A stretch of DNA of 64,000 nt from Actinomycetota bacterium (GTDB taxonomy: Bacteria; Actinomycetota; Geothermincolia; Geothermincolales; RBG-13-55-18). The stretch is taken from assembly GCA_034188985.1 (NCBI GenBank), contig JAXHVT010000066.1:8064-72063 (forward strand), written 5' to 3'. The notes below the pieces were generated by a model. That model was not told the origin of the DNA, did no database searches, and worked only from the letters and a program-made list of their open reading frames with translations. This document shows, one piece after another, positions 38,955-48,824 of this stretch. Both the position numbers and the translations under genes were made by a program. Position 1 is the stretch's first letter, and each line of letters starts with the position of its first letter.

Positions 38955-40112
38955 ATGGATTATAAAGTCCAAAATATAATGATGGAAGCTCGCAAGGAAC
39001 CTGGAGGTGTAGCTGCGATGGCTGGAGAGGGTGTATGTCCGGAGTGCGGAGTTCCCAGGCATATTACCTCCGAACACATGTGGCTGAACAGCGGCGCCAT
39101 AGTGCAAAGCCGCGAGAGTAAGACCCGCATGGTCTTCATCGAGTGCGAAAACCTAGACCCGCTCTTCCGGGGCATAGAGGGCGTTATCGGCATGCCCATC
39201 GAACGCGCCGTGAACGCGACCAAGTGCAAGGCGGTCCGTTCATATCTGGGCAACCTGCTGCCGGAGGTTACCAGGTAGCTGTTGCGGAAGCGGGAGATAG
39301 ACCGGAGGCCGGTGAATGACGGATTCAGGTCCATGGCGGGCATGTCCGGCTATGGCAGGTACGAGGTTGTGGGCTACCGCCACGAGCAGGACGTGGACGG
39401 CTATATCATCGAAACAATATCCAAACCCTATTCCGTGCCCCTGGCCTGCGGGGATATTGCCGATGCCTTCGAGGTAATCTACGGCTGCGAGCTGGGGGTA
39501 AGATACGAGATAAAATCCCCCGACCTGTACGAGGTGACCTGCTACGTGTCCAACCACCCACGGGAGTTCAAGGGAAGGCTGCGCTTCGAGTAGCGGCAAC
39601 TCAAGGGCGGGGACATCGAGCTGGAGAGATGCGCGAGCTGCGAGGGCCCCGCGGCTCTTTCCAATTTCAGGTGTATTCCGGAACGGGGCGTCATCAAGGG
39701 GGTCATCACGGACAGATGCATGGTCCTGACCGGTATGGAGCTCGAAGCCATCTTTGGCGAGCTCGAGAGGGAGCTGGGCGATACCATCACCAAGGTGGTA
39801 ACAGAGACGCAGCGCCGTTTCGTGAGAACCTGCTTCTACGACGTCGAGGGCATGGGCAAGCTGGACATGCGGGACCAACTGGCCCTGCGGGGGCTGGGAA
39901 ACCTACGGGAGCTGTCCTCGGATGAAAGGGTACTGCACGTGAAGGTCGAAAACATCTTCCTGCACCTGATGGTGGTGGGCCTGGTCCAGGGTCTCTACGA
40001 GCAAGCCAGGGTTACCGACAGCCGGGTGGAATGGGAGCTCTCGGACGAGGGTACCCTGGATATTGAGGTATACCCTCGAGTGCGGGCAGCGGCAGGGAGA
40101 AAGAGGTCTTAG
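38955..40112 (+). pseudogene. paralog of the 37757-38851 XylR_N/V4R module protein, interrupted by two in-frame TAG codons (39276-39278, 39594-39596)
   Basis: ORFs 38955-39278, 39282-39593 and 39720-40112 are all frame 0 and collinear with the intact paralog over its full length. TAG is used as a genuine stop by at least six other genes here. Confidence 0.6.
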
Positions 40113-40504
40113 CGTAGGTCTTCCCCCCGTGTATAGCCGCGATTATTCCAACCGTGCCCTCTGAGGGGTGGAATTCGGGCCTCAGGTCATACGGCTTATT
40201 CTATCCACCCTCTCCCGCGACTCGGGATGGACGTCGATGCATCTCTCGAGATACTTGTCCAGAAGGTAGTTCGATTCCTGCGGGTGATTGATAAGCATGT
40301 GGTTGATCAAGGGCGCGTACCAGCCCGTTGTCTTTATCCGTATAAACTCCGTTTTCTTGATGTCGTTCTGAATCGATAAGGGGGATCGAGCTTGCTCGCG
40401 CGATACCCTGGATCACGGGACTCGATTCATGCGGTGTTTGGTGCCGACGTTGTGGTAGAATCGCTGCATAACCGGAAAACATCGGATTAAGTCAGGCATG
40501 TGAC

Positions 40505-41932
40505 ATGATAAGAGTTCGCTTCGCTCCCTCCCCCACCGGGTATCTCCACCTGGGTTCGGCCAGGACGGCGCTGTTCAACTGGCTCGTCGCCCGGGGCGAG
40601 TCCGGGCGTATGGTCCTGCGCGTCGAGGACACCGACCGCCGGCGATCCAGCCGCGACATGGAGGATTCCATCCTGGAGGACCTGCGCTGGCTGGGCCTGG
40701 AATGGGACGAGGGGCCGGACATCGGGGGTGAGTACGCCCCTTACCGCCAGAGCGAGCGGGGAGATATCTACCGTGAGCACGCCGGGAGGCTGCTGGAGGA
40801 GGGCAAGGCCTACCCGTGTTACTGTACACTCGAGGAGCTGGAGGAGAGGAAGCAGAAGGCTTTGGCCGAGGGCCGGGCTCCCATCTACGATGGCAACTGC
40901 CGCGAACTCACCGCGCAGGAGAGGATGGAGAGGGAGGCGGAGGGCAGGCGGCCCGCCCTGCGCTTCAGGGTGCCTGAGGGCGATATCGAGTTCGAGGACC
41001 TGCTGCACGGAAAGATGCGTTTCTCCTCCAGTGTTATCGGGGATTTTCTTATCACGCGTAACGATGGAAGCGCAGGCTTCAACTTCTCGGTCGTCGTCGA
41101 TGATGCCACCATGAAGATAAGCCATGTCATACGGGGGGAAGACCACCTGACAAATACGGCGCGCCACGTGCTGCTCTTCCAGGCCCTGGGATATCCCGTG
41201 CCACTCTATCTTCATCAATCCCTGCTCATGGGTTCCGACGGAGCCAAGATGAGCAAGAGGCACGGGGCCACCGCGGTGAGGAATTACCGTGAGGCTGGAT
41301 ACCTGCCGGGGGCTCTGACCAACTACCTGGCTCTTCTTTCCTGGTCTCCTCCGGAGGGTAGAGAGGTACTGGGGTTGGATGAGCTGGCTAGATCCTTCGA
41401 TATCCGCCAGCTATCGGCCAGCCCGGCCGTCTTCGACAGGGAGAAGCTCGATTGGTTGAACGGCAGGCATATCAGGAACATGCCCCTGGATACCCTGGTC
41501 GAAAAGGCCGCGCCCTTCGCGCCCGGCTGGTCCGGCCATCCCCTCTTCCCCCTGATGATCGAGTCCGTGCTGGATAACATAGTCACCTTGGGCGAGCTGC
41601 CCTTTTACATGGAGGTATACGGCGAGCCGGCGAAACCCGGGGAGAAGGCCGCGCCCTGGCTGCGCGGTGATACGGCCCTGAGGGTCCTGGGGAGGGCCTT
41701 GAGGGACCTGTCCTCGATCGAGATCGAGGACCTTGAAGATGCCCGGGAGTTGATCGCCTCCCTGAAGCAGGAGTTCCTGGAGAAAGGTATGAAGCCCAGG
41801 GAGGTGCTGATGCCTGTCAGGGTGGCTCTCACCGGTAGGGAACGAGGCCCCGCCCTGCCCTATATCGTGACCGTCCTCGGCGGCACGGAGTGCGAGGAGC
41901 GCCTACGCCGGGCCCTGGCGGGCATGGAATAA
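40505..41932 (+). CDS. gltX: glutamate--tRNA ligase
   Basis: HIGH (PSPTGYLHLGSAR) and KMSKR motifs, class-I GluRS conservation. Confidence 0.9.
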   Translation: MIRVRFAPSPTGYLHLGSARTALFNWLVARGESGRMVLRVEDTDRRRSSRDMEDSILEDLRWLGLEWDEGPDIGGEYAPYRQSERGDIYREHAGRLLEEGKAYPCYCTLEELEERKQKALAEGRAPIYDGNCRELTAQERMEREAEGRRPALRFRVPEGDIEFEDLLHGKMRFSSSVIGDFLITRNDGSAGFNFSVVVDDATMKISHVIRGEDHLTNTARHVLLFQALGYPVPLYLHQSLLMGSDGAKMSKRHGATAVRNYREAGYLPGALTNYLALLSWSPPEGREVLGLDELARSFDIRQLSASPAVFDREKLDWLNGRHIRNMPLDTLVEKAAPFAPGWSGHPLFPLMIESVLDNIVTLGELPFYMEVYGEPAKPGEKAAPWLRGDTALRVLGRALRDLSSIEIEDLEDARELIASLKQEFLEKGMKPREVLMPVRVALTGRERGPALPYIVTVLGGTECEERLRRALAGME

Positions 41933-42007
41933 CCGCCGATACCTTAAAAGTCATCATCATAGACTATATAATTAGCCCTGTAGCTCAGCTTGTAGCCAGC
42001 ATGGGAG

Positions 42008-42760
42008 GTGGTCATGTTTAAGGAAATCGTGGAGGATCTGGAGGCGGCGAGGGATCGCGACCCGGCCGCCAGGAACGCCCTGGAGCTGCTCCTTGCCTAC
42101 CCGGGACTGCATGCCCTGTGGATGCATCGCCTGACACACCGGTTGTGGGAGATGAATCTGCCGGTGATACCCCGCCTCTTATCCCACCTCAACCGCATGA
42201 TAACCGGCATCGAGATCCATCCGGGTGCGAGGATCGGCAGGGGAGTTTTCATCGACCACGGCATGGGCGTGGTTATCGGTGAGACGGCCGAGGTGGGCGA
42301 TCAGGTAACCCTCTACCAGGGAGTGACCCTGGGAGGCACGGGAAAGGAGAAAGGCAAGCGTCACCCCACCGTGGGCAGCAACGTGGTGATCGCGGCGGGA
42401 GCCAAGGTCCTGGGGCCTATAACCGTGGGCGATAACTCCACGGTGGGAGCCGGAGCGGTGGTTATTCGGGATGTCCCCCCCAACTGCACCGTGGTGGGGG
42501 TGCCGGGAAGGGTCGTTATACGGGAGGGGGAGCCGGTGGTGGATCTCAGACACGGCGCGATACCCGACCCGGTTATGGAGAGGATCGAGAGCCTGGACGT
42601 GCTTATCAGGAAGATGGAGGATCGCATGCTGAGCACTCAGCTGGAGCTGGAGATGACAGAGGAGAAGCTGCACAGGGCCGTGGAGGAGCTGCACGACGTG
42701 GAGAAACACATGGACGATCCCGTGCAGGGATCGGGACACGAGGATGACGGAAAGGACTGA
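42008..42760 (+). CDS. cysE: serine O-acetyltransferase (short form with C-terminal coiled-coil tail)
   Basis: Left-handed beta-helix hexapeptide repeats; conserved ...[11 protein letters not shown] tail as in Bacillus CysE. Confidence 0.85.
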   Translation: MVMFKEIVEDLEAARDRDPAARNALELLLAYPGLHALWMHRLTHRLWEMNLPVIPRLLSHLNRMITGIEIHPGARIGRGVFIDHGMGVVIGETAEVGDQVTLYQGVTLGGTGKEKGKRHPTVGSNVVIAAGAKVLGPITVGDNSTVGAGAVVIRDVPPNCTVVGVPGRVVIREGEPVVDLRHGAIPDPVMERIESLDVLIRKMEDRMLSTQLELEMTEEKLHRAVEELHDVEKHMDDPVQGSGHEDDGKD

Positions 42761-42768
42761 TCCAATCC

Positions 42769-44277
<1,509 letters not shown>

Positions 44278-44328
44278 ATTGCAGCATGAAACGGACCCGT
44301 CCATGACCAAGGGAGGCCTTGATCCAGA

Positions 44329-45075
44329 TTGAGATACGAACAGGTGGAGGGAAGGCGCGCCGTATTGGAGGCCCTGAAGGGCAGCAGGCCCGTCTACGAG
44401 CTGCTCATGGCCGAGGGCATGAAGCCCGCGAGGATACTGGAGGATATCACGGCTGCGGCCCGGAGCAAGAGGATTTCCCTCACCTTCATGCCGCGCCGGG
44501 AGATCGATCGCCTGGCCCGCTCCGATAACCACCAGGGGGTCGTGGCCCGCGTCGAGCCCTACCGCTACGCTAACTTCAAGGGCGTACTCCGTTTCCTGGA
44601 GGAGAAAGAGGAGGAGGATTCCCTGGTGGTATTGCTCGACGGTGTGACCGATCCCAGGAACCTGGGAAGCATCGCCCGCACTTGCGAGGCCACGGGAGTG
44701 GACGCCCTGCTCCTGCCGCGCAGCCGCGCAGCCCCGGTCACCCCGGCGGTTTTCCATTCCTCGGCGGGAGCCGTGGAGAACCTGACAGTGGCCACTGTGC
44801 CCAACCTGGCGAGCGTCATGCGCGAGCTCAAGGCCGTAGGGTTATGGATAGTAGGGGCGGACGCAGCCGTAGAGAAGTCATGCTACGAGGCCGATCTCAC
44901 CGGGCCCATCGCCCTGGTCATGGGCTCCGAGGGAGGTGGCCTGCACCGCTTGGTGCGGGAGACGTGCGATATCCTGGTGCGGGTTCCCATGTTCGGCCAA
45001 ACCGCCTCCTTGAACGTCTCCGTGGCCGCTGCGGTAATTCTCTACGAGGCACTGCGACAGAGGGGCGCAACGTGA
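44329..45075 (+). CDS. rlmB: 23S rRNA (guanosine2251-2'-O)-methyltransferase RlmB (TrmH/SpoU family)
   Basis: SpoU motifs (LLDGVTDPRNLGSIARTCEA; ALVMGSEGGGL; PMFGQTASLNVSVAAAV); TTG start. Confidence 0.8.
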   Translation: MRYEQVEGRRAVLEALKGSRPVYELLMAEGMKPARILEDITAAARSKRISLTFMPRREIDRLARSDNHQGVVARVEPYRYANFKGVLRFLEEKEEEDSLVVLLDGVTDPRNLGSIARTCEATGVDALLLPRSRAAPVTPAVFHSSAGAVENLTVATVPNLASVMRELKAVGLWIVGADAAVEKSCYEADLTGPIALVMGSEGGGLHRLVRETCDILVRVPMFGQTASLNVSVAAAVILYEALRQRGAT

Positions 45076-45581
45076 GAGCGCTTTTAGTCGACGGCTACAA
45101 CGCCGTATACGCGCATCCCGATCTGTCCGGCCTGGTTGAAAGCGACCCTTATGCGGCCAGGGAGGGCTTGATAAGGGAACTCTCGCCCCTGGCCTCGACC
45201 TCCGGCTACGAGCTGGTGATCATCGTCTTTGACGCCGGTGGCTCGAGGCAGGCGGAGCCGGTATGGGAGGACAGGGGGGGATTGAGGGTGGTATTCACGC
45301 GCCGCAGCCAGACCGCGGATGGCTTTATCGAGGCCGCCGTGCGCCGGCTGGTGAAAGAGGGCGATGTGGAGGTGGCCACGTCCGATCGCCTGCTAGCTTC
45401 CCTTGCCTCGGGCTTCGGGGCGGGCAGTATGAGTTGTAAAGCCCTTTTCCACCGCACCCGGGAAGCCCTGGAGGAGACACGCCGTGAGGCGGACAGGTTG
45501 ACCGGGAGCGGAAGAACCCCACTCGAGGACAGGCTAAGCGATGAAATCCGACGCCTACTGGACGAGATGCGATACCGTTGA
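45072..45581 (+). CDS. NYN/PIN-like domain protein YacP-like
   Basis: N-terminal LLVDGYNAV... motif and position between rlmB and sigH as in Bacillus; GTGA overlap with rlmB stop. Confidence 0.65.
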   Translation: MRALLVDGYNAVYAHPDLSGLVESDPYAAREGLIRELSPLASTSGYELVIIVFDAGGSRQAEPVWEDRGGLRVVFTRRSQTADGFIEAAVRRLVKEGDVEVATSDRLLASLASGFGAGSMSCKALFHRTREALEETRREADRLTGSGRTPLEDRLSDEIRRLLDEMRYR

Positions 45582-45759
45582 TAGAGACTTCCCGGACAGC
45601 CGATACCCTGTAAAGACTACGGAGAGCGTGCCGAAACAAAAACAAGGACGAGGTGCCGGGAAGCGGGTATATTGCCGGTTTTCACCCCATTTCAAGGTCG
45701 AAAAGCGCGATGAATAGAGGTTTAGCGCTGGGTATAATCTTATATAGTCTTCATCATAG

Positions 45760-45789
45760 CCACCACCACCACCACCACCACCGCCGCCG
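45760..45789. repeat. trinucleotide microsatellite (CCA)7(CCG)3 in the sigH leader/promoter region
   Basis: Read directly; lies about 20 nt downstream of an extended -10 (TGgGTATAAT, 45729-45738) and about 35-70 nt upstream of the sigH start. Confidence 0.85.
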
Positions 45790-45821
45790 CGGCTTTTTCT
45801 CGGAGCACCAGGGTATGCAGG

Positions 45822-46505
45822 TTGGGTAATCAAGTAGTCGAAACGAGGGATGCGAGGGATATGGAGCGAACCGTACGGCTTCTAACCGATTTGGATGGGC
45901 TCTCCGACGACAGTGTCATGGAGCTGGCTCGACGGGGCGTGGCCCAGGCCTTTGACGTTTTAATGAGCAGATACAGGGAGATGGTGAGGAAAAAGGTACG
46001 CTCGTATTTTCTGGTGGGCGCGGACGAGGATGACCTGGTGCAGGAGGGGATGATTGGACTCTTCAAGGCGGTGCGGGATTACCGCCGTGACCGCTGCGAT
46101 TCGTTTCCCGCCTTCGCTGACCTCTGCATCACCCGCCAGATAATAACCGCCGTCAAGACCGCCTCCCGCCTCAAGCACAAGCCGCTGAACACTTATATAA
46201 GCCTGAACCGCCCGGTCTGCCTGGAGGAGTACCCGGATCGGGTTCTGATGGATCTGCTGAGCGAATCATACATGAGGGATCCCGTGGAGCTGGTGATAGG
46301 CAGGGAGGAGATGGAGAGGATCCTCAGGTGCGTGAGAAACGAGCTGTCCCGGCTGGAGGCGGAGGTGCTGGGCCTGTATCTGGATGGTAATTCATACCAG
46401 GATATCGCCGCAGTCCTGGGCTGCCGCGTGAAATCGGTGGACAACGCCCTGCAGAGGGTCAAACGAAAGATCGGTTTTTTCATGCGCGCCGCCAGCAGCG
46501 CCTGA
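45822..46505 (+). CDS. sigH: RNA polymerase sigma-H factor (sigma-70 family, SigH-like)
   Basis: Strong similarity to the Bacillus SigH pattern (EDDLVQEGMIGLFKAVRDY...FADLCITRQIITA...SVDNALQRVKRKI); start may be ATG at 45861. Confidence 0.8.
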   Translation: MGNQVVETRDARDMERTVRLLTDLDGLSDDSVMELARRGVAQAFDVLMSRYREMVRKKVRSYFLVGADEDDLVQEGMIGLFKAVRDYRRDRCDSFPAFADLCITRQIITAVKTASRLKHKPLNTYISLNRPVCLEEYPDRVLMDLLSESYMRDPVELVIGREEMERILRCVRNELSRLEAEVLGLYLDGNSYQDIAAVLGCRVKSVDNALQRVKRKIGFFMRAASSA

Positions 46506-46565
46506 GACTTTATCGCCGACATCCTTGACCTGTGCTCGAAAGCGGGAGAACATAGATGACGCGGG

Positions 46566-46640
46566 GCCGGTGTAGCTCAATGGTAGAGCGTCCGCCTTGT
46601 AAGCGGTTGGTTGGAGGTTCGATTCCTCTCACCGGCTCCA
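46566..46640 (+). tRNA. tRNA-Thr (anticodon TGT), CCA encoded
   Basis: Hand-folded cloverleaf: acceptor GCCGGTG/CACCGGC, D-stem GCTC/GAGC, anticodon loop CTTGTAA, T-arm GGAGG-TTCGATT-CCTCT, discriminator T plus CCA. Confidence 0.8.
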
Positions 46641-46751
46641 ATACCATCCGGGGCCATATACCGTGGGTACGCGGTCGGGGGTCGATCGAACTCGAGGCCG
46701 TATCTCAATGTTTCCCCCACGGTCTGTACTCTCGGGGTTAGATGCCGGGCG

Positions 46752-47621
46752 CTAATCCCCGTTCCCTTTGCGCAGCGAGAGTATGACCGCGCCTCCGATT
46801 ATAAAGACGAAGGAACCCAGCCGCAGGAGAAGCATCCCCAGGCCGGTGGGCAGGGGTTCGTGCATGGCTACGATGCCGATGATGATGGGGATGAGGTTGG
46901 AGATGCCGGTGGTGATGGGAACCACGATGATGGCCTTCCCCCTCTGCATGGCTATCTGGTCCAACACCAGGGTTATGAAGGGTAGGAAGAGGATCATCCA
47001 CAGGTAGGGCGAGAGGAGGGCGTGGCGGAAACCGTGCTCCCAGAAGCGGCTGCCGAAGTCGTTCCAGGCCAGCTTGATGATCACGGCGGTGAGCCCGATG
47101 AGCACCCCGGAGGCCACGGCGATGAGGTTGGGGGCTTGCTCGTGTTTCTTGGTGAGGCCGTTGTAGAGAGACAACCCGGCCACGATGAAGAAAAAGAAGA
47201 CGAAGAACCACAGGATGACAGGGTTGTAGGTGAACTCCTTGGAGGGGACGCCTATGAGGCTGCGGCCCAGCATGACGAGGCCGGCTATGATGGTGCCAAT
47301 GCCCAACCAGTCGGCCAGCGTGGGTTTCTCCCCCAACCTGGTTATGGCCAGAACCGCCAGCAGGGCTATCCCCGCCGTGTTGATGGGTTGGACTATGGAC
47401 AGGGGAGCCAGCCCCAGAGCCAGCCCTTTTATGAAAGTACCCCCGAATTGCAGCCCCTGGGCCTCCAGCCAGGGACGGCACTTCACGAAGGTCCTGGCCG
47501 TTTCCCAGGGTGACTGCGAACCGATGAGGGGGAGCTTGTCCAGCTCCCTCTTCTGCATGTAGCCGCTGTAGTTGATCATGGTCGTGGCTATCAAAGCCAG
47601 TATGATGGCCAGAGCTAGCAT
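46752..47621 (-). CDS. DMT-superfamily (EamA-like) membrane transporter
   Basis: About 10 TM helices in two repeated halves; the 334-aa ORF in another frame is Arg/Gly-rich and judged spurious. Confidence 0.65.
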   Translation of the reverse strand: MLALAIILALIATTMINYSGYMQKRELDKLPLIGSQSPWETARTFVKCRPWLEAQGLQFGGTFIKGLALGLAPLSIVQPINTAGIALLAVLAITRLGEKPTLADWLGIGTIIAGLVMLGRSLIGVPSKEFTYNPVILWFFVFFFFIVAGLSLYNGLTKKHEQAPNLIAVASGVLIGLTAVIIKLAWNDFGSRFWEHGFRHALLSPYLWMILFLPFITLVLDQIAMQRGKAIIVVPITTGISNLIPIIIGIVAMHEPLPTGLGMLLLRLGSFVFIIGGAVILSLRKGNGD

Positions 47622-47710
47622 ACCTGCAACCTCCCAGGAGTATTCTAAAAGCTGGGGGTGATAAGTGAAAGACGCCGCAACGCCGGTTTTTGCTCCCTCC
47701 CGGCCGCTCC

Positions 47711-48736
47711 TCAGTCCTCAACCCTGTAATAATTGGTGCCATCGCGCACCTGCTTGACCACCAGCCCCTCTTCCTCGAGGATCACCAGGTGGCCCAGTAT
47801 CTCCCGCATGGCCAGAAAAATGTTGGTGGGGGACGTCTCCGCATCCACGAAGCGGATGAGGTCCAGGCCCATTTCCAGTATGGTCATCTCCCGCCCGCGA
47901 AGGTTGGCTACGATATAACGCTTACGCTGCTCGTGGTGGATGTGGATATCCTCGATGCGGCCCCGGAAGTTGGAGATACAGTTGCCGTGCCCGGGCAGCG
48001 CCTGGACCACCGGGAGGTCCGCGAGTCTCGATATTGAGTCCAGGAAGTCGGGCAGCCCGCTCTGCTTGCCGTCGGGGCGGTCAGGGTAGATATCGGGATT
48101 GGGGGTGATCTTGTCCAGCAGCAGGTCGCCGGTGAGTATAAGGCGGTAGTCCCTTATATAGAGCACGATGTGGTCCAGGCAGTGCCCCGGTGTATATATC
48201 ACCTCCAGCCGGAAGGGGTTCCCTTCCAGCACCTCCCCTCCCTCCACTATAGTGTCCACCCGGGTCGATTCGGCCACGTACAGCCACCGGTTCATCATGG
48301 ACTGGTTGGTCCGCATGAGATCCGGGGAGAGACCTAGGGTACGGCTTATGCGGATGAGGTCCTCCATCTCCCGGAGTACGGTGCCTCGGTAGTCGGTCAT
48401 CTTGGGAACGGCCAGGCGGTGGCAGATCAGCTCGGCGCAGCTGGCCTCCACGAGGCGGGCCGCCATTCCCATGTGGTCGGGATGGGTATGGGTGACGATC
48501 ACCCTCTCCAGCCGCCCGGGCTCGTGGCCGGTTCTCCTCAAAGCCTCCTCGAGGTCGTCCCAGGTGCCCTCCATCACTGGGCCGGTGTCGACGAGGGTCA
48601 GGGGGTCGCCCTCCAGGAGATAGACGTTGACCTGGTCCATGCGGAAGGGCATGGCCAGCCTTATCTTGTACAACCCGGGCAGAATTCTTTTGATCAGGGC
48701 CAAGACGGCAATCCCCCCTGTAGAGAAACGCCTCAC
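47711..48736 (-). CDS. MBL-fold metallo-hydrolase
   Basis: HxHxDH motif (THTHPDH) and downstream His/Asp ligands. Confidence 0.75.
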   Translation of the reverse strand: MRRFSTGGIAVLALIKRILPGLYKIRLAMPFRMDQVNVYLLEGDPLTLVDTGPVMEGTWDDLEEALRRTGHEPGRLERVIVTHTHPDHMGMAARLVEASCAELICHRLAVPKMTDYRGTVLREMEDLIRISRTLGLSPDLMRTNQSMMNRWLYVAESTRVDTIVEGGEVLEGNPFRLEVIYTPGHCLDHIVLYIRDYRLILTGDLLLDKITPNPDIYPDRPDGKQSGLPDFLDSISRLADLPVVQALPGHGNCISNFRGRIEDIHIHHEQRKRYIVANLRGREMTILEMGLDLIRFVDAETSPTNIFLAMREILGHLVILEEEGLVVKQVRDGTNYYRVED

Positions 48737-48824
48737 GAGCAGGCGGGAGAACGAAACACGCTTCCTCGCGATATACAGATTATAACCGAAACGCGTCCGG
48801 CGGTACCCGGGCGGTGTGGAAACC

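Noticed and set aside
40113-40504. Possible T-box leader upstream of gltX, and the 93-aa minus-strand ORF 40201-40482
   Set aside because: No T-box consensus (AATTAGGGTGGNACCGCG) and no recognisable specifier-loop architecture. GGGTGGAATTCGGG only superficially resembles it. The minus ORF is low-complexity with no support. The region is more likely a plain intergenic spacer with a hairpin (ctgagg...cctcag, 40150-40180) terminating the upstream pseudogene.
41960-42000. tRNA-like stretch tgtagctcagcttgtagccagc before cysE
   Set aside because: Only a D-arm-like fragment. No T-arm (GGTTCGAATCC-like) or acceptor stem pairing. Far too short for a tRNA.
45555-45833. Minus-strand ORF with a poly-Gly run, and plus-strand poly-His/poly-Thr frames across the (CCA)n tract
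   Set aside because: These are translation artefacts of the trinucleotide repeat. There are no start codons or RBS in the relevant frames, and the sequence lies in the sigH promoter/leader.
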